A stretch of 63,162 nt of DNA, filler included, from Olpidium bornovanus S191 (taxonomy: Eukaryota; Fungi; Olpidiomycota), in assembly GCA_017911155.1 (NCBI GenBank). It is 27 parts of 27 records of this genome, joined end to end, with 100 filler letters (N's around TTAATTAATTAA, not from the genome) between each part and the next. Parts side by side here need not be neighbours in the genome. Positions count along the whole stretch, not along the records: positions 26,833 to 29,182 come from JAEFCI010006395.1; positions 29,283 to 30,382 come from JAEFCI010010626.1; positions 30,483 to 32,300 come from JAEFCI010010037.1; positions 32,401 to 35,392 come from JAEFCI010005085.1; positions 35,493 to 40,445 come from JAEFCI010007562.1; 22 more parts are not named here. One strand, 5' to 3'. Made by a program: the position numbers and the translations under genes. Numbering within the stretch: the stretch's first letter is position 1; each line of letters begins with the position of its first letter. Positions 26,871 to 39,369 of the stretch are shown one piece after another. A model generated the notes under the pieces. That model was not told the origin of the DNA and ran no database searches. It saw nothing but the letters and a program-made list of their open reading frames with translations.

Positions 26871-27442
26871 AAAATACCCGTCAGCCGGACCGGAGCCGAA
26901 ACCCTAACCCGCGCGACCCCCGCCCTGCGCCGTCCAAAATGCGCCCGAGTTCCTGTGAAACCGCTCGCTCAAATGGCTCCCCCCTCTCTTTTCTCCCCCC
27001 CCCCCCCCCCACCCCCTCCCCCCCCGCCCGCCCTTCCTCCCCCCCCCACCCCCCACACACACACACGTGACTCCGGGGAAAACCGGGACAGGGGGGAGGG
27101 GACGGGGAGGACACCCCAACCTCGAACGACGACGAAGAAAAAAGAATGAAAGAAAACAAAGGCTTCGCGGCGTGCTCGTGACCCCCCGCATGTACACGTC
27201 CCGCACTTAACAACTTTGTGCGCATGCCGACCGTTTTATCCGCGCTCCTCTGTGCCCTTCGGCTTCACCTCCAGACAAAACAGCAGGCGGCGGTCCCGAC
27301 CCCCACAGCGTCTCTGCGGCGTTTCGGCACCGGGAAACTTGCGCGGTTACTGCCATTTTCCTCTTCAGGGTTGTCTGTGACTCGCCTACGCGCACCGAGA
27401 AAGAAAAAACAGAAGCGAGCGCGTCGGTTTCGCAGGTCCCGC

Positions 27443-27480
<38 letters not shown>

Positions 27481-28166
27481 ACACACACCCCCGGGGTTCT
27501 TTTCTGCCGAGCTAACCCCCCCCCCCTCCCCCCTAAGAGGAAAAAGCACCGCGCAGGTTAACGATGTAGTATTTTTCTATGCGTATCTCCTTGGGCATTC
27601 CCGGTTGCGCTCCCGAGAGGTCGGTGGTACCTTGAGGCGTGTTCTTGGGGCCGTGCTGGCTCCTTCAAGTGAAGGGATGCGGCGAGGAGTCGCCGACGGG
27701 CGCCGGGAGCGGAACTTTGAAGTGGCGGCGGTGTCAGAACCACCGGGGATAACAACCGATTTACTTCACCGGTGGTGGACCGTTCGACTCGCGGGGAATA
27801 TTTTGCTCTCGGTTGCAAATTTATGCGGCCGGTGGGGGGGGGGGAAAAGGAGGTTGGCAGGATTGCGGTCCCGCCGCCACGCGACTTCCCGCAGCTCGTC
27901 CTCGCCATTTTGCTTGTGTGCAACGCTGCAAAGCACGTGACGGAATGAAAGAAATCGAGCAAGAAACAGAAAAAAAAAAAATTAAACAACGAAAGGCCAC
28001 ATGACATAGACAGCCAGATGCCGTCCGCCAGGCGAAAGCACAACTTAAGGGATAACGAAAAGGAATAAAGTGTTACTATTTGCGGCAGCCACTTCTCCAG
28101 CACCCTATGTACCTGGCTGATACGTCTTTATGATGGTCGGTGCCGCTGAAAAATTTTGACAGGCAA

Positions 28167-29065
28167 CTAATGGGATGTGCCTAATAGTATTATATTGCCA
28201 AAGGTAAGGAAAGAGAAGAACTGTGACCCAGCAACCGTGCAAGCTAGACGTGCCATTTGTTGCAAGTGCTTTAACGGCATCACCGAGTGCTTTAACGACA
28301 TCGCGGGCATTGTCAGAATTGCGGTGCCGTTCCTAAAGTTTTCCTCTACGTCTACGTCATTGACGACAGTCAAGCTCATATTCAGAATCAATTTCCGACT
28401 CAGTGGAGCTAGACAATGGATCTGATAATAGGTATTGGTGACGTCACCGGGGACGGTGCTGTGATCAACTTTGATGCTTGAGGCTTCATTTATGTGCATC
28501 TCAGTCGCCACGTTGGGCACTTCGGGGTCCATCGAGCAGTCGTCACGGTGGGCAATCCCGGATTCATCCGGAACCGGCGTATATGCATTAATATGCTTTT
28601 TTTTCAACCAGTGTTTCACGCGCCATCACAGCCTGGGCCATTCTTGACAATCTCCATGGTAGGATTCACCGGACGGTGCCAGTTGACTGCGCCAGCAGCC
28701 CTGCTTCCCTTCGGCGTGACAGCCATTTCGTCGATGTGGGAAGTGCATTGACCGTCAGAGGCAGACAAACTAGCAGAATTAAGGTTGTTGTCACTGAGTC
28801 CTTCATCAAATTCATCATTGAATAGGTTCTTGCCACATAGAAGTCTTTTTATTCCTTTGGAGTGTAGCCAGGGAAGGTCCCAGGCGCACGAACACCTTCC
28901 ACGGCTTGTGCGAAGTTCTCGGGTTCGCCGGTGACGTCTAGACATCAGAAACAACGGGGGTTGACGCCGATGTTGCTGCCCATCTGTAGAAACTTGTGTA
29001 GCCTCCATATGGAGTTCAGCAGGGCCTTCTGTGGCTCCGTAACCCGCTATTAATCTTGGGGCCAT
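28167..29065 (-). CDS. Possible low-complexity coding region of unknown product
   Basis: Two adjacent ORFs of 149-150 aa in non-repetitive DNA. No family recognised. Confidence 0.25.
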
Positions 29066-29290
29066 GGTAGAGACGTGCGGCTTGACGATCTAGCGTTGGT
29101 GACGCGGAGCTACGACAACCACAGCGGGTGACCGCAGCAACGATGGGAGCGGTGATTGACGCGGTGGCGAAGCCTTTGTCGGNNNNNNNNNNNNNNNNNN
29201 NNNNNNNNNNNNNNNNNNNNNNNNNNTTAATTAATTAANNNNNNNNNNNNNNNNNNNNNNNNNNNNNNNNNNNNNNNNNNNNCCCCCCCG

Positions 29291-29380
<90 letters not shown>

Positions 29381-30519
29381 GTAAACAAAGCGCCTTCGCC
29401 GCCGCTCAGCCCCCCGCACCCACACGCCCCCCAGCTCCCCCTCCCCCACCTTCGACCCCCCTGCAACCCGAACGCCCGCCGCAGCAGCAGGGGGGACGGC
29501 GACCGGAAAGGGGGGAGGGGGGGGGAAGGGGGGAGAGGAGGTGGGGGGGACGTAAACAAAGCGCCGCCGCCGCCGCGGCTTCCGCCGTCCCCGCCGCCCC
29601 GGCCGGCTGCCTCCCCCCGCGGGGATAAAAGGCGGTCGCTTCCCGCCGAAAATCCCCTCCTACCCCAGACCCACATCCCCCACACAACGCGGCGCTTTAT
29701 CACGCGTTCCCTTTTAAACGCGCGCCTATTACGCGTTCCCCCCAAGAGTTCGCCAAGACCCGCACTCTCTCTCCCTCGCCGACAACCCATTTCCCTCCCC
29801 TCCACCTTGCCTCTCCTTTTCCCCGCGCTACGGGGGCAACGCCCGTCCACAAAAGGGCAGAGCATACCAACAAAGCAAAAAAAAAGAAAAGAAACCCCCC
29901 GGCACGCCACTCGTGCGGCATTTTCTCTTTCGTCGTCGTTCGTCGAGAAGCTGGCCCGGTGTGATCCCTGCCTGGCGGGTGCGCCGGCCGCCCGCAATCC
30001 CCAGGAGGTCGCCCGGGAATGCCAAACCCGCTCTCGCTCCGCGACAGGTCCCTAAGACCGGTTGTAGCCGGCAGGGCCTAAACATCGTCGCGGCGCGACT
30101 AAGGTGTGTTTTTTTTTTCTGTTTTCATCTCGCGCTTTTTTTATTTTTTTTTCTTGTTAATTCAGTTGAGCTGATCTTGGTCCTTTCCGTCCTTTTCGCA
30201 CTTCCACACAGGCCTTCGGCCGCGGACCCGGGCGGAGTGGCACCTCAGGGCAAGGGCGAATGGCGGCCGGAACCGCCGGCGGCCTTCGGGCCGGGAGCAC
30301 CGGGTTACAGGTATGGCCGCCGCCGGGGTGCTCCCCCCACCACTGGAAGAGTTTCCCGGTGTGAGCGCTTCCCTTCCCTCGCNNNNNNNNNNNNNNNNNN
30401 NNNNNNNNNNNNNNNNNNNNNNNNNNTTAATTAATTAANNNNNNNNNNNNNNNNNNNNNNNNNNNNNNNNNNNNNNNNNNNNCATGAACCTAAGCAGGAA
30501 TAGTACCACAAAGCAAAGT

Positions 30520-30596
30520 GAAGGTGGCATAGGCCAAATTAGCTAAAAGTAATCCAAGGAAGGTGGCATAGGCCAAATCAGCTAAAAGTAATCCAA
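30520..30596. repeat. Tandem duplication, 39-bp period, one mismatch
   Basis: gaaggtggcataggccaaattagctaaaagtaatccaa at 30520-30557 and a near-identical copy at 30559-30596. Confidence 0.9.
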
Positions 30597-30756
30597 CGCC
30601 AAACAACTCAAACAGGCGGGCGCTTAACACTGGATCCCGGACCTCCAGCCAGGCCAGATGTCGGCAGTTACGGCCTTCAAGTTCCCAGTAAGGCCCTCTT
30701 CAACCCACCGAACTGCGTTGCGACCTTTCTTCCTCCTAGCACCGGTTGGGACGTAC

Positions 30757-32190
30757 CGGGGGACCACTCAAGTACGGCGCCAAGTCCAATTGCTCGGGGA
30801 ACGCAATCCGGCCCTCCATTTTCGAGTACGTCAGGCTTTGCCGTCGCCGCTTCCCGTTACTTGGATGGGCTATCCTCCGGAAAGCAAACCTCTTCAGGTG
30901 CACCTGCAGCGCGCGCGGCGGCCGGTGTATTGAGGTCCTTCTTCGCGCCTTAACCAGCTTTTTGCAGGAGTCGCAACGGTAAAGGTTCGCCGGATCGTCG
31001 AAGGTTTCCGTCTTCGTGAACAGGCGTAGCGCATCCTCCACCGTGCGAACTTCTCGCGAGAGGTCCAACGAAAGATCGAGGGCGGCTTCGTACGTGTTAC
31101 TCTCATGCTGGCACCTCAGGCACTTCACCTGGTTGCGGACGTAGCCCCCAAAAGCCTGATGCACGAACGTTGTCTCCCGGACTTTTGGATCCAAATCTCT
31201 GCGCGCGTTTTGGCTGGTGAGAAATGCACAATAATTTACAGGTGGCTGATGGCAGCAATCGTGGGAACCGAACACTCACTTCGCCTCACCGCGAATGCAA
31301 CTCTTCTGCACGCAATCAAATAAACTGATAACAAACTCATGAGCGTCTTCGTGGTTCCCCAGCCGCATTGAAGGTGCTATACCTGAACAGCAGTAAAAAC
31401 TATTGAAGTCAGCTGGCAAATCAAGTGTGTTCCCTACCCGAGACATTGAACTCACGGCTAAGATTCCTAGCAAGGCTCTTGGGGGCAATCGCCGGCTTTT
31501 TGCCCATCATCTCAATCATGGTTTTTTCCAATTCACAGAATGCGCAGAATTCCGTCGTGGTGCCTGGAAGGGGGAGAAGAACCTAAATAATCAAGAAAAC
31601 CGGTGCATACTGCGAGATACAAAGCGACACTTACAAGTCCGCGCATGGTCACCGGAACGGACATACTCGGCGAACGGAGGCACATGGGCAAGACATTGCA
31701 GGCTCGCGTTCATGAAACATGTATTCCCGCAATTCAGGAGCCCTGCAGTCTGCCGGTTGCGAGCGGCTTTTCCCCATTTCAGACTCAAACGCACGGGATC
31801 GAACAGCACGCGTTTGGGGTAAGGTATCCCGTCTCCGGCAGCGCTGGCAGAAGCAACGTCGTTCTCCTCGCGGTGCGGACCCGGACGTTGAACCTGGTGG
31901 ACGGGGCCAGTGCGGCCCGTTCCCCTCCCGTTAGAAGCCGGCGGCGACCGGTCAGCGCCTGCGGCGAGGTCGCGCGGTGCCGGCCGAACATTGAGCGGGC
32001 TGTACTTCTTCGCGAGCTCGGCCATCTTCTCATCCCGCCTGCGTGCTTCCAGGAACACGATCCTGCGCGTGACGGCAGTCGCGACTCCTGCGCCCCTTTT
32101 CAACGCCGCGTCGATCTTGCCCGCAAAGCTGCCGTCGCCACTTCCGCCGGAAAAACCGGCCCCCGCGGCGGCCGCAAACTTCTTCGCCAT
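30757..32190 (-). CDS. USP36: Ubiquitin-specific protease, USP36/USP42 class, 3' incomplete
   Basis: Cys box GLLNCGNTCFMNASLQCL, HEDAHEF, FGGYVRNQVKCLRC, YRCDSCKKLV and LQVHLKRF. N-terminal RRIVF...KKYSPLN and GDGIPYPKRVLF...LSLKW motifs are typical of USP36/42. Confidence 0.85.
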
Positions 32191-32400
32191 GGGCCTTGCT
32201 TCGTTCGTATTAGCCTGTGCGCTTTATCTACGGCGGAACTGTCGAGGTGGGTTCAGGGAGGGGGGGGGGGGGGGGGGGGGCCCGCCGCGGGGGGGGGCCC
32301 NNNNNNNNNNNNNNNNNNNNNNNNNNNNNNNNNNNNNNNNNNNNTTAATTAATTAANNNNNNNNNNNNNNNNNNNNNNNNNNNNNNNNNNNNNNNNNNNN

Positions 32401-35364
32401 CATGCAGCTGATGATCACGTTTTCCTGTGAAAGGCAACTGTGGCCTCGCTTCGATCCTCATCTAATCAGGCAGATCGCGATAAATCCAAACTTACTGCTA
32501 AGGTCTTCAAAGAGCGAGAGCAGGCTAAACGCCAACTCGAAGAGGTGATTGCCGCATGCGATGCGCCTGTATCAATGTCGTAAACTCTCCCGTAGACATT
32601 GAAATTCAGAAATCTCGACAAACGTAGACAACAAAAACAGTTGACCTGTATCGACAGACGATACGACATATCAAGAAGGAATTGGCTGATTTGAAGAAAG
32701 AGTTTGACGACCGCGAGTTGTTATATGAGAAAAAGTTGCAGGAACTTAAAATGTCTGCACGGCCTCATGGTGCGGAGAGCATTGCGCGTGCCAGTCGACA
32801 ACGCTAATTCCACTCTATCGCCTTTCAGAGAGCATTCCAAAGCGATGTCCGAGTCTTCGGCAGCAGCCGAACAGGCCAAGGAGCAATGGTCCGCGGAAGC
32901 AAGCGCCTTGAGGAAGTCGTTGGATGCCGCGTGCGCAGCGTACAATGCGTTGGAGGACGAATTCAAAAAGTCTGCAAACGGTAATGCAGCCTCTGTTTTG
33001 GTACGCAGAAAAGCCATTCGGGTAATGCGAGAGAGTTGATTTGTCCGTATTCAGTTCAGTCGGAAGAGGTACAAGGGCTGGTGCAGGCGCTCCAAGAGGC
33101 GAGGGAAATGTCAGTCAATCAAAAAGAGGTGAGCCGGCGAGCAGCATCCAAACTCCGCCCGGTCTTTCTTCGACGTTTTCCGACGCTCGCTCCCAACCGT
33201 TCGCGGTGCCCCAGCAATTATCCGATATGAAAAACAAAGAGCGGGAATTTGCCGATATCGTTGACGGGCTGACAACAGTGGTCAAGGAACAAAAGCGTCG
33301 GATATCGGAGCTGAGCGAGAAACGCCGGCGTGCAGCTTCGGACCACGCGGCAAGTCTGCTGTCTTTTCAATGCACTTACGTCGAAGGTCAACGAACGCAA
33401 CCGCCCGACGGTCAACAAACGCAACTTGTCTCTGACCTTAGCGCGTGTCCCCAGAGCGCCGTCCGCGCCTTGCAAGAAAACGTCCGTGCGCAGCAGCAGA
33501 AACGAAAGGTCGAGGAGACAGAGCGTGCCGAGGCGATGGAAATATTGCAGTCGGAGGTTACCGCAAAGGAGGAGATAATTGCGAAGCTAAGGAATGAATT
33601 GCCTGTTGCTTTAGAGAAAATGGTGCGCAGAGCTGCTACAATGGCCACCCCTCTCCCAGCCCCCTCCCCTCCCAGCCCCTCCTTCCCCCACCCTTTTCCC
33701 CCGTTAATGTTCAAGAGAGAATTAACATCTGATGTCGCCACGACGCTATGTTCAGAGATCTTGCGAAGGCCCGCAGAAGGCGAAACTAGAAGAGGAAGTT
33801 GAAAGCCTGCGGGTGGAAGTCTCTACGCTCAGGCAGCAAGTTACAAATTCATCAGATGTAAACCGCATGGCGAACGTCAGGGCGGGGGGGTTTTTTTTTT
33901 TTCGTCACGCCACAGCATAACGTATTCGAATTCATCAGGCAGTGAAAATGAAGAACAAGATGCTCGACGACCAAAACGAGACGATACGGAATCTTAAGCA
34001 GAACCTGTCGTCTAAGGTGAGATGCGGGCGTTAACGTCCGGAATTCACATGATAACTCAACTTGGTGTCACTCACTGCTTATTATCCCCCGTCCGGCGAA
34101 GATCAACGAGTCAAAAGCAACAATTGACGAGTGTTTAAGACGCGAGGCCAAGTTGGAAGAGAACTTGGCGGAGCAGCTCTCGGTCAGCCAAGAGCTTCAA
34201 GATGAGGTTGGCTTGAATGGGCCGTTTGCCTTTGCCGAATGCGCCCTTGTGTTGTTGACTCACGCGGTGCGTCTGCAACTTGTCCGTCTGTCCAGCTGAA
34301 CCAGAGCGAGAAGGCGTTGGCCAAGCTGGAGCGCCAAAACTACCAAATACGGGAAGAGCGAGACCATTTGCACGCGCTGGTCGCGGATGTGAGCAAAAAA
34401 CTGAAGGAGCGTAGCGACAGCATTAAATTAATCGAAGAGGAAGTACGTGCCGCCAATCGACTGGCCCGCATTGTATTTTTGATCAGCGCATCCGGAGGGA
34501 ACACGGGGCGGAAAATGCGTGGGAGAGGGGGCTTTTTCTTGTTTTGCTCTTCGCCACGTTTGGTTTTCCCCGGGGCCCGCCCTTCTTGACAGCCGGCGTA
34601 CGCTAATAAACTTCACCCGCGCTTCCAAGGTGGCCCGGGTCAAAGCCGTATTCAAGGCCAAGGAGGAGCGACTGATCGCCGACGGCGAACGCGCGTTGGC
34701 ATTAAAAGAAACCGAGACGGCGGAACTGCGGAATCACGAACAGGTATTGAAGAAGAAGACGTCAAAAAGGAAGAAAACAAACGGGCTTCGCAGCGCGGGT
34801 CCTCCCGCAAAAAGAACATCGCCCCGGATTCACGCTCGCTCCCGAAACCGCCTGCCGCGGCGCGCGCGCGCGGCCCGGGACCGTGATTTTAACGCTGGCC
34901 GGTTCGCGCGGTCGCCCGTAACCACCACCTTCTCCTTCTTTGCAGGCCCTCACGGCGCAGGTGGAAGGGCTGCAACGGGAGCGAGACCAAATCGCCGCGC
35001 GACTCCGGAGGCTCGAAGGGGAAGTCGAGGCGTTATCGGGCCAAGTGAGTCGCCGCCCGTCCGTCCCCCCCTCCTTTCTCGCGGCGTCTTAAATTTTTTT
35101 TTTTTTTTTTTTTTGTTTGGGTCGCCCTCGAGTGCGCGCAGGAGGCAATACGCGCGACTTAACTTCCCTAACCTGCCCATCCCTCCTCCCCCAACCCCCC
35201 TCCCCCCCCACACACACACACACATGCGCGCGCGCGCACACCCTTCTTCGCAGAAATTGCAGTGCGAAGCGGACATGAAAGTCCTGCTCGTGGAGATGGA
35301 CCGGCAGAAGGCCAAGATGGACAGCCGAATAAGCAAGCTGAAGCAGGCGTTTGACGAACCTTAA
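32401..35364 (+). CDS. LRRCC1: Leucine-rich repeat and coiled-coil centriolar protein LRRCC1/VFL1, C-terminal part
   Basis: Multi-exon coiled coil containing KMLDDQNETIRNLKQNL, VKAVFKAKEERL and ADMKVLLVEMDRQKAKMDSRISKL, parallel to recalled LRRCC1 VLDDQTETIRKLK, VKEKFENKEKKL and EMRELLEE..KNKKTMEAKIKQL. Stop TAA at 35362-35364. Confidence 0.78.
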
Positions 35365-35567
35365 GACTCGCGCGTCAAAAAAAAAAAAAAAANNNNNNNN
35401 NNNNNNNNNNNNNNNNNNNNNNNNNNNNNNNNNNNNTTAATTAATTAANNNNNNNNNNNNNNNNNNNNNNNNNNNNNNNNNNNNNNNNNNNNCCCAACCC
35501 CCCCCCCCCAAACACAAAACCGTCCACCGGCGCAAACACCCCGCCCAAAAAAAACCCCAAAAACCCC

Positions 35568-35618
<51 letters not shown>

Positions 35619-35620
35619 AA

Positions 35621-36037
35621 ATGCCGTCCTCCCGCTCTTCCGCAGTCCTCGTTCTTCTCACGGTGCTGGTCGCTCTTGCCGCCGCTCAGGACAGTACAGG
35701 CGCGTCTTCCCCCGCTCTCGCAGTTGCACCACCTACCGGGACTGCCGGCAGCGCGACGCCGAACCAAGCCTCGTCCCAGCCGCCGCCGCTGGCAGTCCCG
35801 TCCGCTTCCTCGGTAACAGTCGCCTCGACGTCGGCCACTTCCGCCTCGGCGAACACTCCAACGATTACCGAGCCGTACGTGGTATCCACCCAGCCGCAGC
35901 AGATCACCGTTTTCCCCACCCGAACGGTCCCCGCGCCCGCGACGGGAACGGCTGTCCGCGACGCGAAGTTCGCTTCCGCCAACGTCGCCGTAGTCGCCGG
36001 CCTGGCCGCCGTCGGCTTCGCTGTCCTTCTCGACTGA
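35621..36037 (+). CDS. Small secreted Ser/Thr/Pro/Ala-rich protein with probable GPI-anchor signal (138 aa, intronless)
   Basis: Signal-like AVLVLLTVLVALAAA|QD, an STP-rich body and a hydrophobic tail VAVVAGLAAVGFAVLLD*. Confidence 0.8.
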   Translation: MPSSRSSAVLVLLTVLVALAAAQDSTGASSPALAVAPPTGTAGSATPNQASSQPPPLAVPSASSVTVASTSATSASANTPTITEPYVVSTQPQQITVFPTRTVPAPATGTAVRDAKFASANVAVVAGLAAVGFAVLLD

Positions 36038-38092
36038 ATTCCCCAGAGTTTTTTTATTAGAGCGACTCCCGCAACCCGGCTTGATGTTGTGTCGGCTCAT
36101 TATGCATTTACAGGGTAGCCTTTCGTTTCCATCGTCCGCGTGATCGCCGAGTGTACCCGTGTTCCGTTTCACATTTGCATTGCATAGCTCCTTCGCATTG
36201 CATCACATCCCCTGCTTTGCTTCCCCCCTTCCTTCACCTCTTCCGCAACCCGCCGTATACCTCGAAATATAGTCCGTTCGCGTTCATTCTGTGGCGCGGC
36301 GCGCCTGCCACGTGGCGCTTGCCAGAATGGAAATGATCCATATTTAAAGGGATGGTGTTTCGTTTTGTCTTGCCGTCCATACAGGAACAGCTTACACGGC
36401 TGCATCTTGTGCAGGACAGTCAGAACTTTCAGCGACGCCCGGGGCAGCATGTGCTTCTGCGTGCTGCCGTGGCTTGGCCTAACATTTCTTAGCAGTTACA
36501 CGATGCTCCTTCTGCAATGAGAAGGCCACACCGTAATCAGCCGTGTGCCGCTCCTAAATTCGGATCCAGATCCAGATCCAGAAATCGTGTCTTCAGAACT
36601 CCCAAAAACGACCCTTTCCAGACCTAGATTTTCAGATGATCCAGAACCAGATCTGGAACAGCGAATACCAGAATTTCCTGATTGCGCTGCAACGCAGATC
36701 AGCGTCAATCACTTGTTAAAATGTCTCGTTTGAAAACCCGTTTCCTCATAAAAGGGCAAAACACCAAACACGGCTAAGGCTGGTTGACAGGTGGAAGGGC
36801 GCAAAATGACAAACCGGCGGGGCAACGGGCGATTATGGCTTCCGTGCGCGGGGCAGAAAACTTGGTCGACAAGAAGGAAAAAAACGGCATTTGGATGTAC
36901 AAGGTATCATCGACAACGGGATCGGTACGCGGTATCATAATCCCGATCCGAACGGGCCAAATCGCCCTCCGCAGCGTTAAACGTCTGAAGGCAAAAAAAA
37001 GATTTTCGGGGAAAAAGAAAGGTGGCGGCCGCAGCGTTCAGTTGACAGAAAGATATGATCATGATTCGGCGCAGTCTGAAAAAAGAAAAGGAATAGACCA
37101 ATAACCGTATAGGTGATAAGGATCGTAGAGGCAGGTTGCCGACTGCAACAGTGCCACGCGGACTTCGACCGCCACCGCCCGTCTCCCGCTGCTCGGAAAC
37201 GCCAGGCAAAAATGGATTGAGGCGACTCGTCCCGCCCGCGCAGGGCAGCTTCCCGTTCTGCAGGCGGACGCAGTGCGACGCAAGCTGCACCCGTTGCGGA
37301 AATACTGCGAAAGGCGAAGTCGATGATTCCAAGAAGCTGCGAACGTCTGGCCCCGTCAGCGTCGCTGTGGCGGCGGATTTGCACACGACATGCAATGCGG
37401 AAGCGGGACGGAAACCGGGGGGAATGGTCACGAGCGCGCACGCAGAGGACGGAAGGGAACGGGAGGGGAGCGCGGCCGGCTTTTGGCACGGGGCCGCGAT
37501 GCGACCGCGAACGATGATACCGGCGAAAAAGGAGGGACGAGCGCATCGCGGCACGGACGGGAGGGAGTGCAAATCCGCGAAGCCTGACTGGGACGCGCGC
37601 AGTGAACGCGAATGGCGAGGACCGACGGTGGCTGGAACCGCACTGTGCGGCGGGGGTTGTGGTGTTCTCGCTTATCGGCAACGCGCGCCGCGCTTATTGC
37701 GGTGTGAAATGACGGAGAGGCTGCTGCTCTGCGGCTCCAGACTGCCTGGGCAGCCAGCTGGGCCCGTGCGCACATCCTCTTACGCACACAGGCATTAGTT
37801 AGATCGGATGACTGGGCGCGGGTCCCGTTCGTATGCGTGAACCCACCCGCCAAACTTCCTCCTTTCCCGCGCCGCCGCCGCCCACAACCTCGCGGACTCT
37901 TGGTTGAGGCGCAGCAAGAGCCTCCCCACGGCCACCTCCCTCGCCCCCTTTCTCACAGAAACCGTTCTTCCGTCTCCCGCCCGGCCGCTCGCCCGCCCGC
38001 CGCCGCTTGTCCCTCCCACCTCTTTCAGACGGAGAAAGAGAGAACTGCTCCTCTGCGTGGCTCTTTCGTCACGCATCGGCCTCTTCCCCGAT

Positions 38093-38970
38093 ATGCCGCC
38101 GAAGACGACCGACGCCACGCAGATGCGGCAGCCGCAGATATCCTTCGCCGCACGCAAGAGACCGCGCCCTGGATCCCCCGGTCCTGCCGCCGGCACCGCG
38201 ACGCCGCAGAAAAAGCCCGCGCGCGGTGACCCCGCGAAGCTCTCCCAGAGGGGCGCGGGGGTTGGGGCCGCTCGAGATGTCGTGGTGAAGAGGCCGAGGC
38301 GGGAGGCCGTCGGAGCGGATTCGGACGAGGCGGCGGAAGAGGAAGAGGAGGAGGAGGAAAAGGAGATCCCATTGCACGCTTCAGCGGGCCTTGAAGACGA
38401 GGTGGGCGACGAAAGGGGCGAGACAAAGATCGTCCCTGACGAGAGGGAGGTGTCGGACCCTCGGCTCCCGAAGACGGTCTACACGACAATCACCACTGAG
38501 CAAGACATCGAAGGTGAGAGGGGAAGGGCACTTCCCCCCAAAGCCCTCTTTCGCACGACGCGCCCTAGCTAGACGACACCGCGCGTTTTAATCTTAATCG
38601 TCAACCAACGCCGCTTCCCGTTCACGCGGCCTGGACAGTCCACTGGCAGGGACTGACGAAGAATGAGAAACTCTTGCGGAAGTTCGACATGGTGCGCGAG
38701 GAGCCGACTCATATGTCCACCGAAGGGTACAGGGGGAAAAGGTGATCGAGTTTTTGTTGAAAAGTACCTGACGGTTTCTCGCCTCGCCCTCGCGTGCACG
38801 CGCAGAACACGCGGTACGGGCCCGCGATCGGGATAACCCGGCTGGCGCGGTGGACGCGGGCAGCGACGGGCGGGTTGGACCCTCCGGCGGAAGTCTTCGC
38901 GCTCCTCACGGGCCCGAACGGGGAGACGGAGCGGTACAAGGAGAGCCTCTTCAAATTCGAGGGCTTGTGA
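38093..38970 (+). CDS. POLD4: DNA polymerase delta subunit 4 (p12/Cdm1), complete, 3 exons
   Basis: N-terminal PIP-like RQPQISF, then VHWQGLTKNEKLLRKFDM-NTRYGPAIGITRLARWTRAATGGLDPPAEV, matching the LR.FD...YGP..GITRL.RW.RA...GL.PP.EV signature. Confidence 0.92.
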
Positions 38971-39369
38971 CCAGAACGCCGTTTCCGAAATCAACCCGAT
39001 TTTTTTATGGCGCAAGCCGGCTCTTCAAGATTTGAGGACTTGGAGATGAAAAGCTCTTTTTCCGAAAGCATCCGCTTTTTTTGACGCGGGCGGCCGAGGA
39101 ACGCCCGTTTTTTCCGGCCAGGCGGCATAACGTGAACGGACTTCCTCCTTCGCAAAAATTCACTTACGGCAGGGCCGATTCGGCCGGCTTTTCTTCCCGT
39201 CGGCACCAATTCGGGCGTCGCGTAGCCAGCCCCGTACGTCACCGCAGGAAGGGATGTGCGGGTGTGCATTTCTTGTCTCGTCGCACCGTCCTCCCTCCTC
39301 TTAAGCATCGTCTTTTCCCAGGAGTTCTGCCAATTAGATAAGAACTGACGACTGATAATGTTTGGCGAG

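Noticed and set aside
35377-35392. Poly-A just after the LRRCC1 stop (and A35 at 26833), suggesting cDNA or a retrocopy
   Set aside because: The gene retains its introns, and poly-A tracts are common throughout these contigs.
37590-38093. ACGCG (MCB-like) words upstream of POLD4
   Set aside because: No perfect ACGCGT cluster, and such words are expected by chance in this CpG-rich DNA.
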